From the human T2T-CHM13v2.0 reference genome, Homo sapiens: 64,000 nt of DNA. The stretch lies in the NCBI RefSeq assembly GCF_009914755.1, contig NC_060925.1. One strand, 5' to 3'. A program made the translations under genes and the position numbers. The notes under the pieces are model-generated. The model was not told where the DNA came from. It saw only the letters and a list, made by a program, of their open reading frames with translations, and searched no databases. Every line of letters begins with the position of its first letter. Positions within the stretch are counted from its first letter, which is position 1. Positions 38,370 through 58,077 of this stretch are shown piece by piece.

Positions 38370-40790
38370 AACAATTGTAAAATAAATTTAAATATCTTTA
38401 TAATAATATCAAAAAATATAAAATACTCAGGAGATATAGATATATATATATATTTTTTTTTTTTTTTTGAGATGGAGTTTCACTCTTGTTGCCCAGGCTG
38501 GAGTGCAATGGCATGATCTCGGCTCACCACAACCTCCGCCTCCCAGGTTCAAATGATTTCTCCTGCCTCAGCCTCCCTAGTAGCTGGGATTATAGGCATG
38601 TGCCACCATGCCCGGCTAATTTTGTATTTTTAGTAGAGACGGGGTTTCTCCATGTTGGTCAGGCTGGTCTTGAACTCCCAACCTCAGTTGATCCGCCCGC
38701 CTCGGCCTCCCAAAGTGCTGGGATTACAGGCGTGAACCACCGTGCCCGGCCACTCAGGATATATTTAATGAAAGATGTACAAGGCCTGAAAACAAGAAAA
38801 CATTGCCAAGATAAATTAAAAATCTAGATCAATAAGATGTACCCTATTTATGGATTGGAAGATTCAATATCATCAAGATGTTCATTCTCCTGAAAATGTA
38901 CCATAAATTCAATGCAATTAAAATCACAATCCCGGCAAGTTTTTGTATATAAACTCACAAGCTGATTCTTTTTTTTTTTTTTTTTTTGAGTCAGTGTCTC
39001 ACTCTGTCACCCAGGCTGGAGAGCAGTGGTGCAATCATTGCTCACTACAGCCTTGACCTCCCAGGCTCAAGCAATTGTCTCACCTCAGCCTCCCAAACAG
39101 CTGGGACTACAGGCACATGGCACCACACGTGGCTAATTTTTACAATTATTTTTAGTAAAGATGAGGTCTCACTATGTTACCCAGGCTGGTCTTGAACTCT
39201 TGGGCTCAAGCAATCCTCAGCCTCCCAGAGTGCTGGGATTACAGGTATGAGCCACTGTGCCTGGCCTGATTCTAAAATGTATACGGAAATCCCATGATAG
39301 TAGAACAATCTTTTTTTTTTTTTTTTTTTGGGATGGAGTCTCGCTCTGTTGCCCAGTCTGGAGTGCAGTGGTGCAATCTTGGCTCATTGCAACCTCCACC
39401 TCCTGGGTTCAAGCAATTCTCTGCCTCAGCCTCCCGAGTAGCTGGGATTACAGGCACCTGCCACCACGCCTGGCTAATTTTTGTATTTTTAGTAGACACG
39501 GGGTTTCATCATCTTGGCCAGGCTGGTCTTGAACTCCTGACCTCGTGATCTACCTGCCTCGGCCTCCCAAAGTGCTGGGATTACAGGCGTGAGCCACCGT
39601 GCCGAGACAACAATCTTTTTTTAAAAAAGAGCAATCTTTAAAAAAGAACAATCTTTTAAAAAGGTATATGGAAATCCCAGAATATTTAGAACAATCTTTA
39701 AAAAGAGGGAAAAAGTTAGAGGGCCTACACTACCTGACTTCAAGACGTAGCTATAAAGCTATCAACCCAATGTGGCATTGACAGAAGGATAGACACATAC
39801 ATGAATGGAACATAATAGTCCAAAAATAGACCCACATGTATATACAGTAAAATAATTTTTGACAAAGGCACCAATGTAACAATGTGGTGAAGAACAGTGT
39901 TTAACAAAAATTCTGGGACAACTGGAGATTGTTTGTTTGTTTATTTACTTGTTTAGAGACAGGGTCTTGCTCTGTCGCCCAGACTGGAGTGCAGTGGTAT
40001 GAGCTCAGCTCGCTGCAGCCTTGACCTCAACTGGGCTCAAGCAATCCTCCCACCTCAGTCTCCCAAGTTGCTGAAACTACAGGAGTGCTCCACCATGCCT
40101 GGCTATTTTTGTTTGTTTGTTTGTTTTTGGGACAGGATCTCACTTTGTCACCCAGGCTGGAGTTCAGTGGTGTGATCTTGGCTCACTGCAGCCTCGACCT
40201 CCTGGGCACAAGCGGACCTCCCACCTCAGCCCCTGAGTAGCACTGGGACTACAGGTGCATGCCACCACTCCTGGCTGATTTTTGTATTTTTTGTAGAGAC
40301 AGGGTTTCACCATATTGCCCAGGCTGGTCTCAAACTCCTGGACTCAAGCAATCTGTCCGCCTCGGCCTCCCAATGTGCTGGGATTACAAGCATGAGCCAC
40401 CACAGTGCCTATTGTTTTTTTTTTTTTTTTTTGCATTTTTTATAGAGACGAGGTCTCACTATGTTGCCCGTGCTGGTTTTGAACCCCTGGGCTCAAGGGA
40501 TCCTTCTGTCTTCTCCTCCCAAGATCCATTTAGAAAAAAATGAATCTTGACCCTTACCTCACACCATAGATAAACATTAACTCAATGGATCATAGACATA
40601 AACATAAAGAGCTAAAACTTCTAAAAGAAAACAGATGAGAAATCTTCACAACATTGAGTTGGCAAAGATTTCTTAAGATACAAAGAGCACTAACTAAAAA
40701 AGAAAAAAATGATAAATTGGATTTGATGAAAACAAGAAAATTCTGCCCTTCCAAAGATACCATTTAAGAAAAAGATTTCAGAGCTATGTA
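38370..40790 (+). mobile_element. Old L1M ORF2 3' region fragmented by at least six antisense Alus
   Basis: ATGGATTGGAAGATTCAATATCATCAAGATG, ACTACCTGACTTCAAGAC, TTTGACAAAGGCACCAA and GGCAAAGATTTCTTA are L1 ORF2 hallmarks. Confidence 0.8.
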
Positions 40791-41779
40791 AAGCATTATT
40801 TAAACATACACAGGACATTAAATTTTTTATAAGAAAAGGCATTCTGTCTATAAGTTTCAATCCTTCCAAGTAAATAAACATACATATCAGCTTAATATTT
40901 TTGTTTAAGTGAAAAAATGGAGTGTATAGCATAAAAGGACCTTTGTTGAGATTCTTAACTCCCAAGACCAGACTAGACCTGATGACCTATTTATCTGAAG
41001 CAATCAGTAAGGCAATCAATGGCATTATAGTCAGAAAGACTCCAGATTATGGTCTGAAAGAAAAACAGAGGTCAGAGAAACGATGTTGAGTATCTGGTCC
41101 AGCTGTGTAAAGTGAGACTATAAGTGGGGAAAATGAATCACCAAGCCTGAGTCTTGGCAGATTGGGAACAAAATGTAAAGGGGGAAACTGAGGGGCACAG
41201 AGAGTTAGGATGATTGAGCAGAGAGTCCCAGAGCAATGTCAATGGTGATAGGGCCTATTTCATAGCTGCTGCCTCTTTGCAGCTTAAAACTGCCACACTG
41301 GATCAGACATATGTGACCTAAGATCCTATAAGATCTGGCTCAGCTTAAAATCTGTATCTGTCAAGAAAAACTGACTGCCAGTGATTTCTGTCTGTCACAC
41401 ACCATTGCTTGGACAACTGCCATTGCAGTTCTCTTGGGCTTTAATCTTTTCTATTTTTTTTTTTTTGAGACAGGGTCTTGCTCTGTTGCCCAGGCTGGAG
41501 TACAGTGGCATGAACATAGCTCACTGCAGCCTTGACCTCCTGACTGAAGCAATCCTTCTGCCTCAGCCTCCAGAGTAGCTGGGACGACAGGCATGCACCA
41601 CCACACCCTACTAATCTTTTAATTTTTTGTAGAGACAGGATCTCCCTATGTTGCCCAAGCTGGTCTCAAACTCCTGGACTCAAGCAAGCCTCCTACCTCG
41701 GCCTCCTGAAGTGTTGGGATTACAGGCATGAGCCACGGTGCACAGCAAGAGCTTTAACCTTAATGACCATTCATTCTCT

Positions 41780-42190
41780 ACCCCACATTACCTACAACTG
41801 ATACAGGTATGCTAGCATTAATAAGCTGCATGATTACCTTTTCCATTTCGTCTTTCTGGGCACAAACATAGTCATATGGTCATGTGACTGTGTTTTAACT
41901 AATGGAATGTGGGCGGAAGTGACATGTGCCATCTCCAGGCATGGCGATAAAATGGCCCTTGTGTCCTGTCGCACACTCTTTCTTTGTTCATCAATAAACT
42001 GAATGCAGAGGACCTAAGGGAGGACTCCAAGATGGAAGAAGCCTGTATCTTGGTACAGCCTGTATCTTCCATGGTAGTCGCTGAAAACACCCAACCAGAC
42101 TGTGCCTTTGGGGGCAAGTAAACCTTTATCATAGCAGTAAGCCACTCAAAGTTGGGAGTTCTTTGTTCCATCAGCTAGCATTACCCCCAA
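41780..42190 (+). mobile_element. Old MLT1 (MaLR) LTR fragment
   Basis: GGTCATGTGACT...AATGGAATGTGGGCGGAAGTGACATGTGCCA...AAGCCACT...TTTGTT. Confidence 0.55.
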
Positions 42191-43217
42191 CGACTTCAGG
42201 TCTGAAGAGCTCCTATGATAGCTTTCAATATAGCAGGAAGTGTTTGGGATGATAAATCGAAGCAGGATTTCCAGCCAGGTGCGGTGGCTCACGCCTCTAA
42301 TCCCAGCACTTTGGGAGGCCGAAGTGGGCGGATCATGAGGTCAGGAGATCGAGACCATCCTGGCTAACACTGTGAAACCCCGTTTCTACTTAAAAAAAAA
42401 AAAAAAAATTAGCTGGGCCTGGTGGCGGGCGCCTGTAGTCCCAGCTAGGCGGGAGAATGACGTGAACCCGGAAGGCAGAGCTTGCAGTGAGCCGAGATCA
42501 TGTCATTGCACTCCAGCCTGGGTGACAGAGCGAGACTCCGTCTCAAAAAAAAAAAAAAAAAAAAATCGAAGCAGGATTTCCATAAAAGTGTGAAGGTGCC
42601 ACAGGGATCTCAAGGCCAAGCTGTGAAGTGGGACAAAGATCACATAGCTATTAATACGTGGATGGTAAGGCAGGATTTCAGTGGAGGTCTGTCTGGTCCC
42701 ACAGCCTATGCACTTTCACTCCTCTACCTTACCCCAAACAAAGAGGTGTTTATATGTTTTGAGTGATGATCACAACGATAATAGACTCTGGGCTTCTGTG
42801 TAATTTACTCTCTGGTGCATCGGCGCTATATATTCCTACAGAACTTCCACCATTTCCCACTAGCCAGTGAGGTTGAATATAATGACACTCTGTAATCCTC
42901 ATTTTTATGTCAACATCATCCCCAAGCGCTCAAAGCAGGGTAGTTAAAATTATTATTTTCTCCAGCTTGCAACCTGAATGTTTACCAGTCTAGGTAAAAG
43001 GCTTTTGTAGGTCTTCGTTCTCCATCCACTTGTACCTTCCTATCTTAACTATTTAGTCTCAGAAGCTCTATCCCTCTCTTACCTGAATAACTGCATCTAC
43101 CTCCTCCCTGAAATGTTGAAGGAGCGGGAGACTAAAACCTCCTTCTATACCTACTTTTCCCTTCTATAAATGGAGAGCATGATACCTATCTCATACAATT
43201 GCTGTGAGGTTTTTGTG

Positions 43218-43220
<3 letters not shown>

Positions 43221-43258
<38 letters not shown>
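43221..43258 (+). repeat. (TG)19 microsatellite in an Alu tail
   Basis: Perfect TG run abutting the antisense Alu at 43259-43547. Confidence 0.95.
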
Positions 43259-43262
<4 letters not shown>

Positions 43263-43413
43263 GAGATGGAGTCTTGCCGTTGTTGGCCAGGGCTGGAGTG
43301 CAATGGCACAATATCGGCTCACTGCAACCTCTGCCTCCCAAGTGCCAGTAATTCTTCTGCCTCAGTCTCCTGAGTAGCTGAGATTACAGGCACCCGCCAC
43401 CATGCCTGGCTAA

Positions 43414-43671
<258 letters not shown>

Positions 43672-43859
43672 TGAGTACCTAGGACTACAGGCTTGTGCCA
43701 CCATGCCTGGCTGATTTTTGTATTTTTAGTACAGACAAGGTTTCGCCATGTTGGCCAGGTTGGTCTCAAACTCCTGACCTCAAATGATCCGCCCATCTTG
43801 GCCTCCCAAAGTGCTGGGATTACTGGCACGAGCCACTGCTCCCGGCCAAGATTATTTTA

Positions 43860-44450
43860 AAAGGCATGACACACTGTCTCTCGTGCTCCACCATGGTAAG
43901 ACGTGCTTGCTTCCCCTTCACCTTCCGCTATGATTGTAAGTTTCCTGAGGCCTCCTAGTCATGCTTCCTGTTAAGCCTGTGGAACTGATGCAATTGAAGA
44001 CACTGGTTATTTTATCAAGGTTTTGACTAGAATGGCATGCTTTCAGATACAAACAGACTGTTCTAAGAAACCAAAGTTGACTTATAGGGCCAATAAAACT
44101 CCTCAGGAAAGCTGGCCTTATACCTTGTCTACCCAGTCCCTGTATAGGGTTCCTGATCTGTGGGGTTTTGCATGTCTGACGCCCATGGCTCCACCTGGAC
44201 CTCCCAACCCCACTCCTGTGGCCCCACCCAGAAGGAATTCAGCTCACAGGAGGGCAGTTTAGACTCCCTATGATTTCATCCGCCCCAATCAATCAGCAGC
44301 AAGCCCCAGTTACCTGACCTCCCCCCTCTTTCCCCAAACTGCCTTTGAAAAACTCCTAACCTAGGAACTTTGGAGGAGATGATTTGAGTGCTAACTCCAT
44401 CTCCCACATGGCGTGGTCAGCCTTGTGTCTGTTAAGCTCTTTCTTTATGG
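43860..44450 (+). mobile_element. MST LTR fragment (43860-43990) followed by a MER39-like ERV1 LTR
   Basis: CTATGATTGTAAGTTTCCTGAGGCCTCC (MST); GACTCCCTATGATTTCATC...AATCAGCA...TTTGAAAAACTC...GATTTGAGT (MER39-like). Confidence 0.6.
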
Positions 44451-45015
44451 GGGAAAAAAAAAAGCTTGGCAGCTTATTATTTTTCTGAAAAAATAGCGTT
44501 TTAAACATCTGACTACAGAAATACATGCTCATTGTAGTGGCCAGGTGTGGTGGCTTATGCCTGTAATCCCAGCACTTTGGGAGGCCAAAGTAGTGGATTA
44601 CTTGAGGCCAGGAGTTCGAGACCAGCCTTGTCAACATGGTGAAACCCCATCTCTACTAAAAATACAAAAATTAGCCAGGCATGGTGGCACATGCCTGTAG
44701 TCCCAACTACTCAGGAGGCAGAGGCAGAGAATTGCTTGAAGCCAGGAGGCAGAGGTTGTAGTGAGCTGAGATCATGCCCTGTGCTCCAGCCTGGGCAACA
44801 GAGGGAAACTCGTTCTCAAAAAAAAAAAAAAAACAATGCCGGGCACGGTGGCTCATGCCTGTAATCTCAGTACTTTGGGAGGCTGGGGCAGGCAGGTGAT
44901 CACCTGAGGTCAGGAGATCAAGACCAGCTTGGCCAACATGGGGAAACCCTATCTCTACTAAAAATACAAAAATTAGCCAGGTGTGGTGGCGTGCACCTGT
45001 AATCCCAGCTACTCA

Positions 45016-45804
<789 letters not shown>

Positions 45805-48041
45805 TAATTTTTAATAGTGGCTCAGTATCCATTGCATGGAGTGGGGGTCATGATTTTTTTTGTTGTTTTACTTTTTAAAAATTGTTTGTAGAGACAGCGT
45901 CCCACTGTGTTGCCTAAGCTGGTCTCAAACTGCTAGGTTCAAGTGCTCCTCCCACCTCAGCCTCCCAAAGTGCTGGGATTATAGGCATGAGCCACTGCGC
46001 CAGTCCTGTATTTTGATTTTTTTTAAGTAACCCCCTAATGTTGTACAGTTTGGTTGTTTCCAGTTTTTCACCATCAATAGCAATAAACATCTTTGTATGT
46101 ATCCTTCTGCTCATATCCCTAATTATTTTTTTAGCACTCACAAGTAGAATTTTGCATCTAAGGAAGAGCTACATTGTCAAGACTTTTGCTATTCATTGCC
46201 AAATTTCATTAAAAAGTTGTACAAATACACACCACTGGCAGCAGTGTATGAGAATGCTATAATAAAGGCTTTGGGCCAAGTTGACAATTATGAGCAAAAA
46301 AAAAAAACAAAAAACAAAATCAAGAAGATAAGTGTTTGCTAAAGGCTCACCCTACGCCAGCTGTGTTTATTTGTTGAACTCTATCACCATGTTCCTTGGC
46401 CCAAACACTGAAGGTCCTTTAGATTCTTAGTTTATTTAGTGCCTCTTTCAACACTCTAGTACTTTGACCCCAGTCTTATCTGAAGGAAAGAGGATTTCTG
46501 GTAAATAGTTTCCAATTTGGAAACTCAACCCAAGCACTTCCATCCCTCATCCCAGTGTGGACCACCTCTGTGGTTTTAACTGCTGGGGATGAGTCAGAAA
46601 GTGATGCTGGCTGAGTTGGAACTGAGAACTGTAATGCTTATAAGAAATAATAGAGAAGGTTTGAGGTGAAAAAGTCATGTTCCGAGGTACAAAGGAAAAA
46701 CCAATAACAACCCAGAGTTTGGAGTTTCATTCTGCCCTGCTCTGATAATATCACTATGGTGATGTTCTCCATAAACAATTGCAAAATAGCAAGATGAAAA
46801 GGAACAAGCAAGTTCCACCCAGGCGATCTGGAGTTATTTTAGGGATCAAGGCAGTGTCATCTGGGGTAAATATGGAATGCAAAATCTGTTCTTGTAATAA
46901 TCATCCCCTTCTTTTGTGAGGCTGAACAAAGACCTGGCAAATCAGTCGTTTTGTGCTCAAAGAAGCACTGACCCAGTGTTCTCAGGGCCAAAGAGAAAGT
47001 GAAGCCAAAACAATGGAAATGATGGTTAATAACAGATGCTGGAATTATTCTTCTCACACCCATGGACTCTGAGACTCCACTGAGCCTGGTGTGGAGTCCA
47101 AGCGGGTGGAACAACAGTGATGTTCTTGGGTAGGGTTGGCCCAGTTGAGAGGCTGGGATCGGGACCCCAGGTTGCTGAGCTCGGTTGCCTGCCCTTGACC
47201 TTGATTCTTGGGCCAGAGTCGGTGGAGGGAAGCATCTTCAAGGCCACGGTCTGTCTCTGGGGCATCACCATCTGCTGCAGATGACATTTACTGCTCCTAT
47301 CCTCATGCTATTCTCTTTGAACCCCTGACTCAGCGAGCCCCAGTCCAAAAAGCAGAACTAGCTATTTTTTGCATCAAGAAAAAGATGTCAGGCAATACAC
47401 TTGCCGAATTCTTTGCTGACCCTGAAACGCTTCCTCTTTGCACTTAACTCCTGTTCTTCCTTTATTCTCTTTGCTGCCTTCTCTTCTAGACCACTAAATT
47501 GCAAGCGTCGCTATCTTCTCCAATGAAGATGCTCAAGGGAAGGGCTGTACTCAGCCATGGAGGCTGGCACAGTGCCTGGGGCACGCAAGTTTCTCCATAA
47601 ATGTCAGCTCATAGGAGGTGAATTCAAAATCCCATGCCTACCCTAAAATGGACATTTCTCCGGCAGATCTGAGACTGAGGCTATTTGTTCATTCATTCAA
47701 CAAATATTTATTGAGCACCTACTAGAAACCAGAATTTGTGCTAGGGACTGGAGCTGTAAGGGAAACAAGATTCCAGGGCCCTGTCCTTATGGAGATTACA
47801 TTCTTGTACACTGTAATGCAAGTGGTGAGCACAGCTTCCATCTTGTCACAGTGGTGAGCACAACCTACTTCTCTGACCATTGGACAAAAAATTGCACTCC
47901 CCACTTACCTTGTCTTATTTTATATTTCTTTGTTGCTGATCTTTCAGTCTTTGCATGCAAAAATGTATCCTCTTTGAGGGTGCTTTATGATGTTCATTGC
48001 TGAATCCCAAGCACCTAGAACCACTTCTAGCATCCAGCAGG

Positions 48042-48400
48042 TGTGTTGGTCTATTTGGGCTGTTATAACAAACTACCATGGACTGAGCATTTTATAAACA
48101 GCAGAAATTTACTTCTCACCGTTCTGGAGGCTGGCAAGTCCAAGATCATGGCGCCAGCAGATTTGGTGTCTGGTGAACGCCCTATTCCTGGTTCACAGGT
48201 GGTGCCTTCTCACTGTGTCCCCACATGGTGGAAGGGGCTGGCTAGTGCCCTATGGTCTCTTTCATAAGCACACTGATCCCAATCCTGAGGTCACCACTCT
48301 CATGCCCTGATCACTTCCCCAAATGCCCACCTCCTAATACCTTGGAAGTGAAGATTTTACATATGAATATTAGGGACACAAAAACATTCAGACCATAGCA
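48042..48400 (-). mobile_element. MLT1A solo LTR
   Basis: TTGGGCTGTTATAACAAACTACCAT...AAGTCCAAGATCA...AACATTCAGACCATAGCA. Confidence 0.8.
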
Positions 48401-49239
48401 AAGTGTTCAACAAATACCTGTCAAATCAATTTATTTAATAAACTCTGCAATCTTCTAGAACTTTCTAGCACAAATCTCCAGGGAATGAGCTGAGAACTCC
48501 AGAAATTCATAACTACAAATTACAACTACCCAGGACTTTCCAGATTACAAAGGAGGGAGGTGCATGGGAAGGAGCCTTCGCCTCTCTTGAGTCCTGGGTT
48601 CCTTCTTGTAAAATAGAAACAATAACACCTACCTTTGGGGCCTGTTGTGAGGATCGGATGAAGTAATGGGTGGGAATTACTCAGCCCAGAACCTGGCAAG
48701 CAGTATTTGCTCCATGCCTGGGGACAGTGCTATTGTTTATTATTTGAGCGTCCCAATTCTGTGTGGACTTTATTATTAGCTTGGCCATTTAACTGACACA
48801 GAAAACAGGACTAACGGGGGTATACTAATTTGCCGAGGGTAGCTCAGGAGGGACTAGAACCCCAGCTACATACACCCATGGGGCTGAATTCCAAACACAA
48901 TGCCTTATCTACCACCCCAGGGGTGCCACCTCTGGAGGGAAAACACAAGGGTGCCTCCTGATTCTTCCAACCCCCGGCTCCACCACCCCATCCTCTCCCA
49001 CCATTGTGTTGTTCTCCATTCTCAGTCTACCCCACCCATCACCAAGGGCACAAAAGAGCTCAGAGGAGAAGCAAGCTTGAGGGGAAGACTGTGCATTTGG
49101 TTAGTAGGAGCAGGACGAATCCCCCTCCCGCCCACCTGCAGCTTCCTGTGATGTTTCCTCCAAGTTCCCCACAGCCCCCTCTTCTCTCATGCCTTGGGGA
49201 CCCTCAGCCTGCCAGCCTCTAAGCTGTCGGGGATTCTGA

Positions 49240-49536
<297 letters not shown>

Positions 49537-49757
49537 TAGTAGAGATGGGTTTCACCGTGTTACCCAGGATGATCTTGATCTCCTGACCTCATGATCTGCC
49601 CGCCTCAGTCTCCCAAAGTGCTAGGATTACAGGCATGAGCCACTGCGCCTGGCCAAAAATGATTATGATTTTTTTAAAAAGTAGGCCAGGTGCGGTGGCT
49701 CACACGTATAATCCCAACACTTTGGGAGGCTGAGGCAGGAGGATCACTTGAGGCCAG

Positions 49758-50703
<946 letters not shown>

Positions 50704-51649
50704 CTAGGAGTTCAAGACCAACCTGGGCAACATAGTGAGACACCATCCATACAAAATAAAAATTTTAAAATTAGCTGGGCATGGTGGCATGCCTACAGTC
50801 CCAGCCATTGGGGAGGTTGAGGCAGGAGGATTGCTTGAGTCCAGGAGTTTGAGGCTGCACTTAGCAGTGATGGCACTACTGCACTCCAGCCTGGGTGACA
50901 GCATGTCTAAAGAAAACAAACAAAACGAAAACTATAATAGCGTTAGCTGTAATTCATTAAATATTTCCATGGTGCTGGGTAGTGTGAGAGGCAATTTATA
51001 AATGTCCAGCTCTGATAACAACCAGGAAAGGCAGGTAGTATTATTCCTATTTTATAGATGAAAAAGTTGAGGCTCTGGAAAATGAATGATCTTGTGGGCC
51101 GGGCATGGTGGCTTATGCCTGTAATCCCAGCACTTTGGGAGGCTGAAGCGGGTGGATCACTTGAGGTCAGGAGTTCCACACAAGCCTGGCCAACATAGTG
51201 AAACCCCATCTCTACTAAAAATACAAAAATCAGTTGGGCATGGTGGCACGTGCCTGTAGTCCCAATTACTCAGGAGGCTGAGGCAGGAGAATCGCTTGAA
51301 CCTGGGAAGTGAAGATTGCAGTGAGCCGAGATCGTATCACTGGACTCCAGCCTGGGCGACAGTACGAGAGAAAAAAGAAAGAAAGAAAGAGAGAAAGAGA
51401 GGGAGGGAGGGAGGGAAAGAAAATGAATGATCTTGTCAGAGGTCATGTGGCTACTAAGTAATGAATGCTGAGATTTAAACCCGGTCTATCTGCCCTCAAA
51501 ACTCATGCTCCTTCTGCCTTACAAAAATGGTGGGGGGTGCAGGGGAAGTTATGTGGCACCCATCCTAGCGTCACTCTGAAAAAAATTGGAAACATCCTAA
51601 AAAATACAAAAATTGAGGATGGTTATGTGATTTATAGTGAGTGTAGTCA

Positions 51650-52429
<780 letters not shown>

Positions 52430-52569
52430 AGATGACTTTTCTTTAGTACCTCTCTAAACCTGGAGACTCACCTGCTTCTAAGCCGTAGTAACTTTTCCTG
52501 CCCAAGTAAGCACTGGCTATTATTCTCATCTACTTCTGTGCCTGTCTGCTAATGCCATGCTCCAATCTG

Positions 52570-52770
52570 GAGCTGCTCTATTCAATATGGTAGCCATTGC
52601 CCCATGTGGATATGTAAATTTAAATTAATTTAAATCAATAAATAATTCAGTACCTCAGTTCCACTAGTCCTCTTCCAAGTGCTCAGTAGTCACATGTAGC
52701 TTGTGGTTACTCTGGTAGACAGCACAGATATAAATATTTCCATCAGAGAAGGAAGTTCTGTGAGGCAGCA
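52570..52770 (+). mobile_element. MER3 relic
   Basis: CAATATGGTAGCCA...AAATTTAAATTAATT...TTCAGTACCTCAG...ACAGCACAGATATAAATATTTCCATCA. Confidence 0.75.
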
Positions 52771-53389
52771 ATGATCTAGCATCTAGGCTGAAGACCATTT
52801 TTAGAACTCTAGCTGAATGAAAGATTCCCCAGTTCCTTGTACTCAGTGGATGGACTGGACAATGACCTTTCCATTCTGAGATTTTACTCTCTCATCCTTT
52901 CTCTACTCTCTGGAAAGCTCAAGGGTCATGGAAAATTAAGTATGGCCCTCCCCACTAAAAGGTAGGTCTCCCAATTATAGCTTTTTAGAAGAGCTTTACA
53001 GAGCAAAGGTTGATCAAGCAGGGTGGAACAGTGAGGAAGGTTAATTAGAGTAGTGTTTTTTATTATAAAGGTTATCAACAGAAGCCACTTACTGATATCT
53101 ACTCTGTGCCAGGTACTCCATTTTGTCTCAGTTAATCCTTAAAGAAGTAAACAAACTTGCCCAACTCCATGAGCCAGAATCCATAGCTCCAGTTACCAAA
53201 GCTCATGCTTTCTCTATTATACTAACTTGCCTCCTGAGAGATTCCAAATCTCATAGAAGGATTCTGATTGGCCCTTCTTGAGTAACAAGCCTATCCCTAG
53301 GACCAGCCATATTGGATGAAAAGTTTGGCTACTATGATTGGTCTGTCCCAGGTCACTGTCCACCACTGTACTGGTAGACAGTGACTCAG

Positions 53390-53702
53390 GAAACTTACAA
53401 TCTTGAAGAACAATGGAGGTACAAGTGTGAACATCAACAATAGCATAAAAAGCACACACAGCTGGGCTTGGTGGCTGATGCCTATAATTCTTTGAGAGGT
53501 CAAGGCAGGTGGATTGTTGGAGTCCAGGAGACCAACATGAGATTTGGATGGGGATGGACTCCAGCGATCCACCTGCCTCGGCCTCCTAAAGTGCTAGGAT
53601 TATGGGTGTGAGCTGCCAAGCCCAGCCTCATGTGCTTTTTATGTGCACTATTGGTTGATGTTCTCACTTGTACCTCCATTGTTCTTCAAGATTGTAAATT
53701 TC
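53390..53702. repeat. Inverted repeat, ~140 bp arms, 30 bp spacer; third direct copy at 54862-54994
   Basis: TTACAATCTTGAAGAACAATGGAGGTACAAGTG versus CACTTGTACCTCCATTGTTCTTCAAGATTGTAA. Confidence 0.92.
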
Positions 53703-53747
53703 AGTCCCCTTAGAACCACCTAAGATCAGGCCAGGCATGGTGGCTCA

Positions 53748-54552
<805 letters not shown>

Positions 54553-55203
54553 TTAATTTTCCAAGTTATCTCAACGAGAACAATAATAACGATTACTACT
54601 ACATTTTATTCAGAGCCTAGGTACTGTGGCATGTGCTTTTTTTTTTTTTTTTTTTCTTGTGAAATAGGGTCTTGCTCTGTCACCCAGGCTGGAGTGAAGT
54701 GGTGCAATTATGGCTCACTACAGCCTTGACCTACGAGGCACAAACAATCTTCCCTCCTGAGTAGCTGGCACTACAGGATCACGCCACCACACCCGGCTAA
54801 TTTTTGTATTTTTTATAGAGATGCAGTTTCACCTTGTTGCTCAGGCTGGTCTTCAACTCCTGAACTCCAGTGATCCACCTGCCTCGGCCTCCTAAAGTGC
54901 TGGGATTACAGGTGTGAGCCACCGCGCCCAGCCGTAAGTGCTTTTTATGTGCACAATTGTTGATATTCACACTTGGACCTCCACTGTTCTTCAATAACAT
55001 AGGGCTTGTTTTCTTGCTTTGGGTAGAAATAGCAGATCGTGTTTCCTGAACACTCAGACTTCACCTTCCTAGGTTCTCTGTGGCCAGTTTCCCACAGCGG
55101 GCCCATGTCCTGAATTATGCTCTAGACTAATTCAAGTCACCCACATATTAAACATCAAATCCTTTGCCCTGAAGCCAAAGCTCTCTCTTTGGGAGTTAAA
55201 TAA

Positions 55204-55452
<249 letters not shown>

Positions 55453-55454
55453 TA

Positions 55455-55628
<174 letters not shown>

Positions 55629-56234
55629 TCACTGCAACCTCTGTCTCCTGGGTTCAAGCAATTCTCTGCCTCAGTCTCCTGAGGAGCTGGTATTACAGGC
55701 GCCCACCCCCACGCCCGGCTAATTTTTGTATTTTTGGTAGAGACTGGGTTTCATCATCTTGGCCAGGCTGGTCTTGAACTCCGGACCTCATGATTCATCC
55801 GCCTTGGCCTTCCAAAGTGCTGGGATTACAGGTGTGAGCCACTGTGCCCAGCCTGGGAATTCTAAAAAAGGACTTAGTCTCCGTTGTCTAGGCTGGGCAC
55901 TGGACAGTTGACCAGAGGCTCAACCGGATGCCTTCGAGAGGGCCCTGGAGAACTGAGAGGTCTGCGGTTCAATGGTCAGGGGAGAAGGAGGAATGTTCCC
56001 GGGCCTTGGTTTCTCCTTGGATTGAATTCAGTCTACACAAGGGCCTCTTGGGGCCCGAGTTGTCTAAGTAAACACTGATTCCTTGACAAGTTTCCAAAAG
56101 TGGGAACAGAGCAACTGTTTGGTTTGAACAAGCTGTGCTCTGTAAACCACCACTTGCATATGACCAGGGCCCCGTGTAAATATTTTAGCTACAGATGGAA
56201 AGAACATAACTTTTTTTGAAATCCCATCACTTCA

Positions 56235-56312
56235 CTGCTAGACTTATAATGAATTATGTGTTGTCTCTATTTGCTGTTAGACTTAAAATGAATTATGTGT
56301 TATTTCTATTTG
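56235..56312 (+). repeat. 39-bp tandem duplication
   Basis: CTG(C/T)TAGACTTA(T/A)AATGAATTATGTGTT...CTATTTG twice, 35/39 identical. Confidence 0.9.
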
Positions 56313-56332
56313 TTGGGAGGTCCAGTTCTCTA

Positions 56333-56548
<216 letters not shown>

Positions 56549-56551
56549 TTA

Positions 56552-58077
<1,526 letters not shown>

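Noticed and set aside
52430-52470. Possible U4 3' stem-loop remnant (TGAC...TCTCT...GGAGACT) after the Alu
   Set aside because: Similarity is too short and gapped to accept by eye. It is recorded because, if real, it would overturn the U4-capture model.
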